Assembly (NCBI GenBank): GCA_032718475.1
Contig: JAUCBJ010006771.1
Location: 1-51,014 of the forward strand
Reading direction: 5' to 3'
From: Nemertoderma westbladi
Taxonomy: Eukaryota > Animalia > Xenacoelomorpha
Length of the DNA stretch: 51,014 bases
In this document: positions 1 through 10,160 of the stretch, piece by piece
Position numbering within the stretch: position 1 is the stretch's first letter
How the letters are laid out: the number at the start of each line of letters is the position of its first letter
The notes under the pieces: generated by a model
Database searches by the model: none
The model's input: only the letters and a program-made list of their open reading frames with translations
Told to the model about the DNA's origin: nothing
Position numbers and translations under genes: made by a program

Positions 1-362
1 TTACACCCATAGTCAAAAATTGCACATATGAAATTTATTTCAAATAAAAAATAGATCTTTAGATAAAAATATATACAGTAAGTAGTGGGGGAGGAGACTA
101 ACCAGGCCCGTGCACTTACGGTTAGCCATTCCATTATTTAAGTTAATTAATTTGTGGGGCGAGCCACGAAGTTGGCGGAGCCCGTTATAAGTACATGTAA
201 AAGTAACTAAAAAGTATTAAATAATTAAACGTTTCCCTGATAAAAATATTTTTCTAAAAAATATTGTTAAAGATATTTTTCTACTGCCCGTACTGAAATT
301 GGTATATTAACAATAAATAGTATTATATGATAACATGAGTTATGCCAAAAATAATCCAATTA

Positions 363-3191
363 TTATAAAAATCTGTTAAAACTGCAGTATTTTATAAGGT
401 CTACATCCCGTGCTAAAATATTACTAAAAATATTAATGTTTGGGGCTGATGCAGCATTAGAAGGTAGGTCGTTCCACATACTAACTATCCTATTACAAAA
501 ATGTTTCTGACAAATTTGTAGGCGGCAAAAATTGTGTTGCAATTTATATTGGTGACCTCTAAGACCCCTTCGTGAAGCAAAGCTAAAAAAATCATCAAAA
601 TTCATTTGCACTGCACCGGTGATTATAGAGTAAACCTGTTTTAAATCAAACACATGACGTCTAACTTCGAGTGGTTGTAAGTTTAAGTACTCAAGTCTAT
701 CTAAATAAGGCACCATGGTTAATTTACATCTAAAAAATAATCTGCGCGTAAAATATCTCTGTACGTGTTCGATCAGATCTATATGTCCTTTGGTAAAAGG
801 AGACCAAATTACTGTACAATATTCCAATAAGGGACGCACGTAAGATTTATAAGCACAAATTAGGGCTGCCATATTACGAGTACGAAAACATCTAAAAATC
901 ATATTGATTACTTTAGTTGATTTCAGAGCACGCTCATGGCAATGTTTATTAAATTTAAAATCAGAAGAAATCGTAACTCCCAGATCCTTACAATCATCCT
1001 CTGCTTTAACAAGTTTACTATCTAGAAAATATTGCTGTTGAGGGTTATTGTAACCTAAATAGAGCACTATACATTTGTGTGGAGCGATTTTCAACTGCCA
1101 TTTATTAGACCATTCTGTGATTTTGTACAGGGACTGTGATATCAATAAGTGGTCGCTGGATGCCGCATATATTTTGACGTCGTCAGCAAATAGTTTACAC
1201 GATAACCCTAAAGTAAAAATATCCGGTAAATCGTTAATAAAAAGCACAAATAAAATTGGACCTAGTACGCTACCTTGTATGGTGCCCGACGTAACTGGAC
1301 TATAATCCGAGAAACTACTACCAACTAAAATACGTTGTGATCTATATGCGAGAAAAGCCTTTAACCAATAAAATAAGTCACCTACTATACCGTAAGAAGA
1401 AAGTTTACATAAAAGTTTTTGGTGCACAACAGAATCAAAGGCTTTCGCAAAGTCTATGTAGATTACATCAACAGTGCACTTTCTATCTAATAATTTAATC
1501 CAATCCTTTGTACATTCTAATAGCTGGGTACATGTAGACTTATTTTTTAAGAAGCCATGTTGGGCCTTATTAATTAATTTGTTAGTAAATAAGTAATCAC
1601 ACAAATCTTGTTTAATACACTGCTCCATAATTTTACACGCAATACAAGTCAATGAAACGGGTCTGTAGTTATATGGGTCACTCGAGTTTCCTTTTTTGTA
1701 CAACGGGACAATAATAGCTGTAGACCAAATTGAAGGAAGGGCATGTGATTTAAAAGAAATATTAAAAATAACAGATAACTGTAAAAATAAAACTGACGCT
1801 AAATTACTGAATAAAATGCACGGAAAACCGTCAGGCGTACGACTTGTTTTAGAACCTAATTTACGAATAATTGAGAAAACACGATCAACTGAAAAATCGA
1901 CTTTAGAAATATATACAGATTGCGGGACCCTCCGCGTAAATGTAGGGCAATCGTTATTATCAATATTAAAGTTGTCTGACAGAACCTTAGCGAAAATATC
2001 AGCCTTGACGGCATCATCTACAATTGTGGCACCATTAATTGAAAGAGGTGAAATTCCTTGTCTAGATTTGCACTTTAAGTTTACGTAATTAAACAAAACA
2101 TTCGCCTTTCCACTGTTTAGAATTTTATATTCTCGTAAACATTCAGATCGGAGAATTGCCTCCGACAGTTCCTTACAACAACGGTTGTAATCTGATTTAC
2201 CGATCTCCGTGTGGCGCCGGCGCCAAAGTAACTTTTTCTTTCGTTGTAGTGCGCGAATGTGATGTGGGTACACCTTTTTCTTAGTGTTTAGTAGTTTGTA
2301 TGGTACAAATTTATCAACACCGTCTTTAAGTACTGTTGAAAAAACGTTCCAAAATTCATCAATCGTACTGCACGAGTCAAAATTGAGGTGCCAATTAATG
2401 TTCGAAATGTAATGGGAAAATCCTACAAAATCAGCATTTTTAAAATCGTAAAAACCCAAATTGTTAACTGGAATTAAAATGTCTGGTCCTAAAGTATAAA
2501 AGTTTACTATTGAGTGGTCACTGGTTGAAAAAGTATGCCCTACTTCAACATCAGACACAATTGATTCGTCAGAAACTAAAATTATATCTAGAATATTATC
2601 CTCACGAGTGGGTCTTGTAACCAGTTGATCAAAACCATTTTCTAAAATAAATAAAGAAAACTATTCGTAGTTGTGGCTTGATGGGTAATTAAAATCCTTC
2701 CAGTTAAAATCAGGCAGATTGAAATCACCTACCACGAGACATGGTTGGGTGACGTCGCACAGCGATGAGATACATTGCCTCAGTTTGCAGTCCAGTTCCA
2801 ACTTCTCCGCTCTCTCTTCTCCGGTTTCAGAATCTGGGGTTCTGTAGGCACAAACCATACGGAAAGGAGTCGACCCGAGAAAATCGACAGCGACCACCTC
2901 GAGTCCATCCAGGTTGTTAGGGAGAGGCACATTCACACAACGAATGTTGTTGCGCACCAGTATTGCCACCCCGCCGCCAAGAGAGGGGCGATCTTTTCGA
3001 AAAACCTGATGCTGTTTGAAACCCACCATTGAATCAGTGACCGATCCGTCCAACCAAGTCTCGGTGATAGCGAGGACGTCGTAATTAGAGGAAACGATCA
3101 AATGTTCGAGATCATGTATCTTGTTTTTCAGCGATCTAGAGTTCAGTAGACAACATTTCAGGCGCGGATCTGTATTGCCTCCTCCCCTCTC
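363..3191 (-). pseudogene. LINE ORF2 (AP endonuclease + reverse transcriptase) with one in-frame TAG
   Basis: Endonuclease motifs LLNSRSL, AITETWL, GDFN and SDH; RT motifs NYRPVSL, IDFAKAFD, QGSVLGP and FADD. ORFs 2661-3101 and 363-2558 share a frame and are separated only by TAG at 2661-2663 (NYE*FSLFILENGFDQLVTRPTRE). Confidence 0.92.
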
Positions 3192-4420
3192 TAGTTTTCC
3201 TCTTGGTCGGCAGAAGTGTTGTTTTCTTCGGTTGTCGCCTGTGCTGGAGATTTAGCGGCGGGCGTTGGCAATCTCCACTTCCTATCGCGTTTCCATTTCC
3301 CATTCTCGTCCGGGGTATACCGCCAAATAGACCCGTCTTGCCGTAAGCTGTAACTCTCCGAGTCGAGATCAGCCGCTAAGTTTAGTTGTTGCAACGTTTT
3401 CTTCCGTTCTCTAAACAGCTTCAGTTGCTCCTTAGATTGACTCGGTCTGATTTTTAGGTTTTTGATTATTTCCGGTAGGCCTACAGTTCCAGAACTCTTT
3501 GCTTCTTCGAAACCCGACCGAAAGTTCCGCGCTTCGCTTTCCGAAGTGAAAGTAACTTTCACAATGCGCTCCTTATCATCGGTTTGTCGCCCCAGCCGTT
3601 GAAACTCGTTTATCGAAGAAGAGTTTACATTGGATGCCACACAGACATCGTTTACCACTTGTCTGTCGGCCGCCAGGTTCGCTGATTCAGGCAAACGAGA
3701 GATTATCACCTCTCTTTTCAGTTTCTCTGAAGATAACGCTTCTTTAACTGAGGACTCCACAACTTGTGACAGCACAATGTTATTCCGTGCCGAGTTCCGA
3801 GATCCGCGGGTTCGAGCCTTCCGGCTTTTCTTTTTGTTTCGTCGCGTTTCCCATTCTCCCTCGTCGTCGCTGACTTCCTCGCTCTCCTCCGCTGACAAGT
3901 CGGAGTCGCAAACTACCCCGAGATGTGCTTTAACGGAACCGATTTCCGCCACTACTGATTCGATGAGTTTCGTTTGATTTTCGACAATGAGTTTTAACTC
4001 GTTTACAGTTGATCGATTGCTCGTCGCCTCCTCCTCTGCCGCAGTGACCACTTGAACGAAGGTTGCACACTTGCTGCAAAACCATTTAAATTGGCTGTAC
4101 CTGTTAAACTTTTCGAGTAATTCGGAAACAAGTTTATACGACGGAAGTGAAATGTTCTCACATTTGGCGTGGAACCAAACCTTACAACCGTCACATGTAA
4201 TACCGTTGTCTTGATCCTGTACCAGGAAGGAACATCGTCCGCAATTATATGTGCTTAGGTCGGCTACGCTGCCGGCACGTGTACCGGGTTGCGCAGATTT
4301 GTGGACTATGCCGCCACCAGCCGCTCTAGGAGAAGTTGTTGGCGTTGCAAGTCGAGCAGAATTTCGAGGAGGAACAGTAGGTTGGCGAATAGTTTCTTTG
4401 GGTCGGCGCGTTGTCGCCAT
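3191..4420 (-). CDS. LINE ORF1 with PHD finger and coiled coil
   Basis: CGRC...CDGCKVWFHAKC...WFCSKC PHD pattern; RLGR...RIVKVTF motif typical of CR1/L2 ORF1; directly upstream of ORF2. Confidence 0.88.
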   Translation of the reverse strand: MATTRRPKETIRQPTVPPRNSARLATPTTSPRAAGGGIVHKSAQPGTRAGSVADLSTYNCGRCSFLVQDQDNGITCDGCKVWFHAKCENISLPSYKLVSELLEKFNRYSQFKWFCSKCATFVQVVTAAEEEATSNRSTVNELKLIVENQTKLIESVVAEIGSVKAHLGVVCDSDLSAEESEEVSDDEGEWETRRNKKKSRKARTRGSRNSARNNIVLSQVVESSVKEALSSEKLKREVIISRLPESANLAADRQVVNDVCVASNVNSSSINEFQRLGRQTDDKERIVKVTFTSESEARNFRSGFEEAKSSGTVGLPEIIKNLKIRPSQSKEQLKLFRERKKTLQQLNLAADLDSESYSLRQDGSIWRYTPDENGKWKRDRKWRLPTPAAKSPAQATTEENNTSADQEEN

Positions 4421-4557
4421 TCCCGGTAAAACAGTTCAACAGTTTGTGATATTTAAAACAAACCAAATTTAAAAATTCCGTACGGCAATATCGGTACGGG
4501 TATAGCAGTATTCAATTCAGTTTGCAGTACTCCAGTAATACAAGTCAGTCATATGTC

Positions 4558-4593
4558 CCTGAGGAAGGACCCCGTAAGGGTTCAGAAATATTG
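4558..4593 (+). ncRNA. Degenerate minimal hammerhead-ribozyme-like motif (Penelope-type)
   Basis: CTGAGGA, then hairpin GGACCC-cgtaa-GGGTTC, then aGAAATATTG. Stem I is weak and the stem II closing pair is mismatched. Confidence 0.35.
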
Positions 4594-4603
4594 CAACAAT
4601 CCT

Positions 4604-6238
4604 AGTAGGTCAGTTGTATTGTAAGTGCATACTGGTACCGTATTTTATTTTGGATATAGGCTACGGCCTATTTAGATCAACTTATGTAATGTTCTGTGCA
4701 ATATTGTGTCTGGTACTTACCCTGCAGTTAAATCCAAACCGACGGTTACGACGGTAGGCCCGTATGCTAAGTGATTTTTTTGTGCGCCGAACGCGACGCG
4801 GCGCAGAAAAAAATGTGCGCCTGCGCAGTCGAAAACAGTGCAAAATCCGCGTGCGCAGCAGAAAAACTGCGCGAGATTGGCGCGCGCAGCAGAAATTCTG
4901 CGCGAGATTGGCGCGCACAGCAGAAATACTGCGCGAAATCTCCTACCACGTACCTGCCTGCCTACTGCTGTACTGGCAGACTGGCCTAAAGCACACCAAG
5001 CAGCCAAGTAGCAAGTAGGCAGTTGTAGGAGGCTTATTATTTCAGTATTTCTTACAGTCAGACAGTCTTATCTGTATTGTCATTACACTGTTACCGGTAG
5101 TCGGCATACTGCCTGACTGCCAGGGGTAGCGGGTAGGTCTACTTACCGGTACTGACTTAGTGCTGTAGTGCAAGTCTGAGCCGTGCTATCAATTTTCTGC
5201 GCCTGTCGCGCCGCGCTCTAAATTTTCTGCGCCTGCGCGCTGCACGGCGCTGCGCGGCGCTGCGCGGCGCTGCGCTGCGCTCTCAATTTTCTGCGCCTGC
5301 TCCAAATTCTGGAAAAAATTGTGCGCCGAACGCGTTCGGCGTACATGCCCTACTTAGCAGAATGGACGGTAGGTAGGTCAGTTGTATTGTAAGTGCATAC
5401 TGGTACCGTATTTTATTTTGGATATAGGCTACGGCCTATTTAGATCAACTTATGTAATGTTCTGTGCAATATTGTGTCTGGTACTTACCCTGCAGTTAAA
5501 TCCAAACCGACGGTTACGACGGTAGGTAGGTCAGTTGTATTGTAAGTGCATACTGGTACCGTATTTTATTTTGTATATAGGCTACGGCCTAGTTAGATCA
5601 ACTGATGTAATGTTCTGTGCAATATTGTGTCTGGTACTTACCCTGCAGTTAAATCCAAACCGACGGTTACGACGGTAGGTAGGTCAGTTGTATTGTAAGT
5701 GCATACTGGTACCGTATTTTATTTTGTATATAGGCTACGGCCTAGTTAGATCAACTGATGTAATGTTCTGTGCAATATTGTGTCTGGTACTTACCCTGCA
5801 GTTAAATCCAAACCGACGGTTACGACGGTAGGTAGGTCAGTTGTATTGTAAGTGCATACTGGTACCGTATTTTATTTTGTATATAGGCAACGGCCTAGTT
5901 AGATCAACTGATGTAATGTTCTGTGCAATATTGTGTCTGGTACTTACCCTGCAGTTAAATCCAAACCGACGGTTACGACGGTAGGTAGGTCAGTTGTATT
6001 GTAAGTGCATACTGGTACCGTATTTTATTTTGTATATAGGCAACGGCCTAGTTAGATCAACTGATGTAATGTTCTGTGCAATATTGTGTCTGGTACTTAC
6101 CCTGCAGTTAAATCCAAACCGACGGTTACGACGGTAGGTAGGTCAGTTGTATTGTAAGTGCATACTGGTACCGTATTTTATTTTGTATATAGGCTACGGC
6201 CTAGTTAGATCAACTGATGTAATGTTCTGTGCAATATT
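4604..6238. repeat. 153-bp tandem repeat, ~6.6 copies, with a MITE inserted after the first copy
   Basis: TCAGTTGTATTG recurs at 4610, 5378, 5531, 5684, 5837, 5990 and 6143. Confidence 0.95.
4759..5365. mobile_element. Non-autonomous DNA transposon (MITE), ~607 bp
   Basis: Imperfect 14-bp TIRs (CCCGTATGCTAAGT / ACTTAGCAGAATGG); TSD (G)ACGGTAGG at 4750-4758 and 5365-5373; subterminal GCGCAGAAAA motifs on the left and TTTTCTGCGC on the right. Confidence 0.82.
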
Positions 6239-6259
6239 ACAAGGTAGGCTACAACATAA

Positions 6260-7025
6260 GCATATATATAGGCCTAACACCTAGCCTATATTATTATATT
6301 TATATAACAGTATAATATCCTACTCATACTCATATAGTATACCAGTAAAAGGGACTAGTAGGTACCAGAGTGATATATTGATATATGGCTCAGTTACAAA
6401 GTCGGCGTCGCTTACAAAGGCGGCGTAAAATGCTTGTACATATTTTTATATATACAAAATACAATACATATACGTATATATATATATATATATATAATTG
6501 AACTCAACCTACAGTACAATCTACTAATACCAACTATACGTATATATACATACAGGTCTTCTGTATTGTATATATGTATATACAGTATACTGTGTATCAC
6601 CATACAATATTATATTCTAAGGACCTAATATTTACTTTGAATATTGTAGTTATTAGTGAATTTCAGGAATGATGTATTTTTGATGCGTTATGTCTCTGCC
6701 ATAATGCATATTATGAATGATATATACCTACATTATTATATATACATTTGTATGTATAAATTGTAAATATATATGCATATATATATACTGTAGTACAATG
6801 TTCTTTTCTTATAGTCTACATTTTTTTCAGTTTAAATTTTTTGATGTACATACAGTGCAGGACCGTATATATATAGTATGTGTTGTATATATATGTATAC
6901 ATATAATATATATATTTGATATATATAATATATATATGCATATATATATACATGTACCGTACCTTTTATGTTATATTGTTATAAATATGTCATATACTGT
7001 GGTGATCTAATATAATATATTGCCT
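6260..7025. repeat. Low-complexity (TA)n-rich tract
   Basis: Dense TATA runs. Confidence 0.8.
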
Positions 7026-7199
7026 AGGTTAACAAATTTGTTGTGTTTTGCACAGTAACCATCGGTTAGGATTTAACTGCAGGGTAAGTACCAGACACAA
7101 CAATTGTTGTGGTTCTAGTTTTCCATGAAAGAGTTGAAATTTTTTTCGAATTTTTTTATATGTTGTTCATTTGAACCTAAAGGGTACAGAAACAAAAAA

Positions 7200-8283
7200 T
7201 CACGATTGGGCGACATCAATTTCTGGTAGCTGGTCTTGCTGGTCAATCATAGTTTGGCAAGTTGGTGTTGCCCGCAATACGAGATTCCATTCAGCTTCCG
7301 ATGCATCAGCTACATCTGTTGGTAAACTTCCGAGCAGAAAACCACTCGCTATTGAAAATTTAGGGGGCCGTTTAATACTTTTATTATTCAACGAATGAAG
7401 ACAATGTAGACAGATTACATATGTAATTGTACCTTATGTGTTTCTATAAAACCCATGAGGAGATAATAACGCCCCATTTAATCAAATATCAACATGTTGG
7501 GCCGAGTAGCTCTCTAACAAAGGCGTTGGATATTGAACTGTTGGAGATAATTTTGTTTGGAAAATTGAAATGATTTGTTCATCAAGCTCTTACTCATTGC
7601 TTAATTCATGACTTACAAATTCGTCACAAACGCAGCATGTTCTTAGACCCATTCCGGTATCACCCATACATTCAGCCATTTTATCCCATACTTTTTGACG
7701 CTCTTCAAGTGTTGGGATATATATAGTATCAGGAATAATAATGGAAGAAGTATGGCGTTTATTAATGCGATGTTGTTCAACAGCCTCTAGATTAGAACCA
7801 GGGTTTCTGTCACGATGTTGTGCTGCAGCCTCTCGATTAGAACCAGGGTTTCTCTCACGATGTTGTGCTGCAGCCTCTCGATTCGAACCAGGGTTTCTCT
7901 CACGATGTTGTGCTGCAGCCTCTCGATTCGAACCATGGTTTCTCTCACGATGTTGTGCTGCAGCCTCTAGATTAGATGGAACCAGGGTTTCTTTCACGAT
8001 GTTGTTCAACAGCCTCTAGATTAGAACCAGGGTTTCGCTCACGATGTTGTGTTGCAGCCTCTCGATTCGAACCAGGGTTTCTCTCACGATGTTGTGCTGC
8101 AGCCTCTCGATTCGAACCAGGGTTTCTCTCACGATGTTGTCCTGCAGCCTCTCGATTCGAACCAGGGTTTCTCTCACGATGTTGTGCTGCAGCCTCTCGA
8201 TTCGAACCAGGGTTTCTCTCACGATGTTGTGCTGCAGCCTCTCGATTAGAACCAGGGTTTCTCTCACGATGTTGTGCTGCAGC
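7200..8283 (-). pseudogene. Decayed Helitron/Helentron-like Rep-helicase N-terminal fragment (DUF6570-like)
   Basis: One frame read through three stops gives TCCVCDE...LLSPHG...ICLHCLHSL...PPKFSIASGFLLGSLP...ASEAEWNLV, which resembles the conserved pre-Rep domain of Helitron-like proteins. A basic 14-aa repeat precedes it. Confidence 0.7.
7768..8283 (-). repeat. 42-bp coding minisatellite (~12 copies; AAAQHRERNPGSNRE)
   Basis: Direct periodicity; a 4-bp insertion near 7976 shifts the frame. Confidence 0.95.
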
Positions 8284-8999
8284 AGAAATCCTCCCCGTGA
8301 CTACCATACTCTCGATTGGCAGCTATATCCCGTCGGGAAGTTCCTCTTCGATCCCCTCTCCTGTTCTCGTCCTCGAACCAGTACATCCTGTACCCTTCTC
8401 CCGGCATATGGTATATCTCGCCAGGCTGTGTTTCTCTGGGGCGACGGCAATCTCCCGGAGTTCGACCCCACTGACTCTCTAACTCCATCTCTACTACTGA
8501 CGGTTCTCTGTCCGTCCTCGCTCTCCGGTCGCTTGTAGCAACGCTTCTTCTATTTTCTTCACTCCTTCTCTCTTCAGTGTAGCGTTCTCGCTCCTGAGAT
8601 CTCTCTTTGACCTCCCAGTTAACTGTTCTTCTTCCGTCTTCCGACTGGGCTCAACGTCTTGTCGCTCGCCCGCTCACGGCGCCAACCTCTCTCTCTCTCT
8701 AGCCGGTTGGATGCTGCTGGGGGATATTCGTAATCCCCCTACTGTTCTCCGTCGTCGGGTGCCGCGGTTCACCTAACTCGCCCCGCGCATTATCCACCGA
8801 CGCTTGTGGGGCATTTTCTGCCCCCCCCCCTTCTCACCACTAATCTCTCGTGGTGGGGCGCCCGTAGCCCTCCCCCCCCCCCCCCCCACTCGCCACCTAT
8901 TACTTCACTACTTCCTACTTCGCTTCTACGCCCCCCTCTAGTTGACGCGTTGTCTCTACTGTGGCTGGGTCTATTTACCCCCGCCTCTCTCTCTACCAC

Positions 9000-9135
9000 T
9001 GCGTGGCCTTGCAGGTTCCCGTCGCGTTGACTCACTCCCGTTGCTCCCTGCCTAACTACGTGGCCTTGCAGGCTCCCTTTGGGGTGACTCACCCCCGCTA
9101 CTCCCTGCGTACTAATTACGTGGCCTTGCAGGCTC
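9000..9135. repeat. Degenerate ~59-bp repeat (three CGTGGCCTTGCAGG cores)
   Basis: Cores at ~9002, 9059 and 9119. Confidence 0.7.
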
Positions 9136-9283
9136 TTGCTGGTCGGACCACCTATGTTTCCTGCCTTCGTATTAATTGTACCGTTACCAACAATATTATT
9201 ATCTAAATTATTTAAATTATTTTGTTCTGAATCAGGATTATTATTTAGAATATTCTGCGTATTTAAATTAAAATTTTAAGTAT

Positions 9284-10087
9284 TTAAAAAAAACGGTTAA
9301 ACCAGTCCTGGGTCTGTCGTCCGGTCCCTGTAAGTGGGGTATTAACAAACGTTTCCATTACTCCTGGCTCCTCGTAAATACTACCCAGGCCAGCCTCACT
9401 CACAGATAATCCCAACTGCGCCAGTTCTAATCGGCGCCTTTGCTTAGCCTGATATTGCATAAGCCCCCTCAGACGGGTATGCATATCATCCCGCATACGC
9501 TTTCCCGCTCTCTCTCTCACTCTCTCTCTATCCTCTTGCAAACTTTGGTTCGCTATTTCTATCTCTCTCGCCTCCCGCTCTCTATGCTCATTCGTTTCTC
9601 TCTCTGCCCTCGCTACCTCTCTTGCTTCTCGCTCTGTGCGCTCGTTCTCTATTTTCGCCTCTTGCTCCTCGCGCTCATTTATCTTACTCTCTTCCCGCTC
9701 TCTACAGTTTCTCGCCACCCTCTCGGCTTTCCCTCTACATTCCCTCGCTAACTCTCTTTCTTTCTTTAATAACGCAGTTTCCTTGTCCAGCTGCCTCTCT
9801 AACTCTTTCTGGTCTAGCGCCACCATGTCTAGTTGACACGCCAGATCTATCTCCAACACCCTTCTTGCTTTTGCGGAGGATGTAGCAGACTTATCGGTCG
9901 CGACGGACTCCTGTCGCCTCTCTGTCCTACTAACTTTCCCCCACTTTCTGGGGTTCTCGCTAACCGACGAGACCAAATCCTCGGGGTAAACCTCGGGTTC
10001 ACCCTCGTGCGGATCCGCCCAACCCACTAACTTAATTCCCCTAGCATCCACTAAGTAAGGCACTACGTACACTACTTCAGGCTCCAT
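9284..10087 (-). CDS. Orphan E/R-rich coiled-coil ORF, probably TE-derived and 5'-truncated
   Basis: 267-aa ORF whose frame stays open upstream right into the satellite edge (~10160); no recognisable domain. Confidence 0.4.
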   Translation of the reverse strand: MEPEVVYVVPYLVDARGIKLVGWADPHEGEPEVYPEDLVSSVSENPRKWGKVSRTERRQESVATDKSATSSAKARRVLEIDLACQLDMVALDQKELERQLDKETALLKKERELARECRGKAERVARNCREREESKINEREEQEAKIENERTEREAREVARAERETNEHREREAREIEIANQSLQEDRERVRERAGKRMRDDMHTRLRGLMQYQAKQRRRLELAQLGLSVSEAGLGSIYEEPGVMETFVNTPLTGTGRQTQDWFNRFF

Positions 10088-10160
10088 AACCCCGCATCGC
10101 CACAGTTCAAATAGTTCGGTGGCGACCCCCCTCGCTCTCTCACTCGCCAGTTCTCCCTGA

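Larger units (their letters stand above)
30..4500 (-). mobile_element. Near-full-length non-LTR retrotransposon, CR1/L2 group (ORF1 + APE-RT ORF2)
   Basis: ORF1 has a PHD finger; ORF2 has AP-endonuclease and RT motifs; AT-rich 3' UTR with AATAAA near position 35. Ends are approximate and no TSD was identified. Confidence 0.9.

Noticed and set aside
5366-6238. CRISPR-like appearance of the regular arrays (also 7768-8283 and 48445-51014)
   Set aside because: Head-to-tail units with no unique spacers, no cas genes, and a eukaryotic context.
6412-7010. Y/I-rich short ORFs
   Set aside because: Translation of (TA)n low-complexity sequence.
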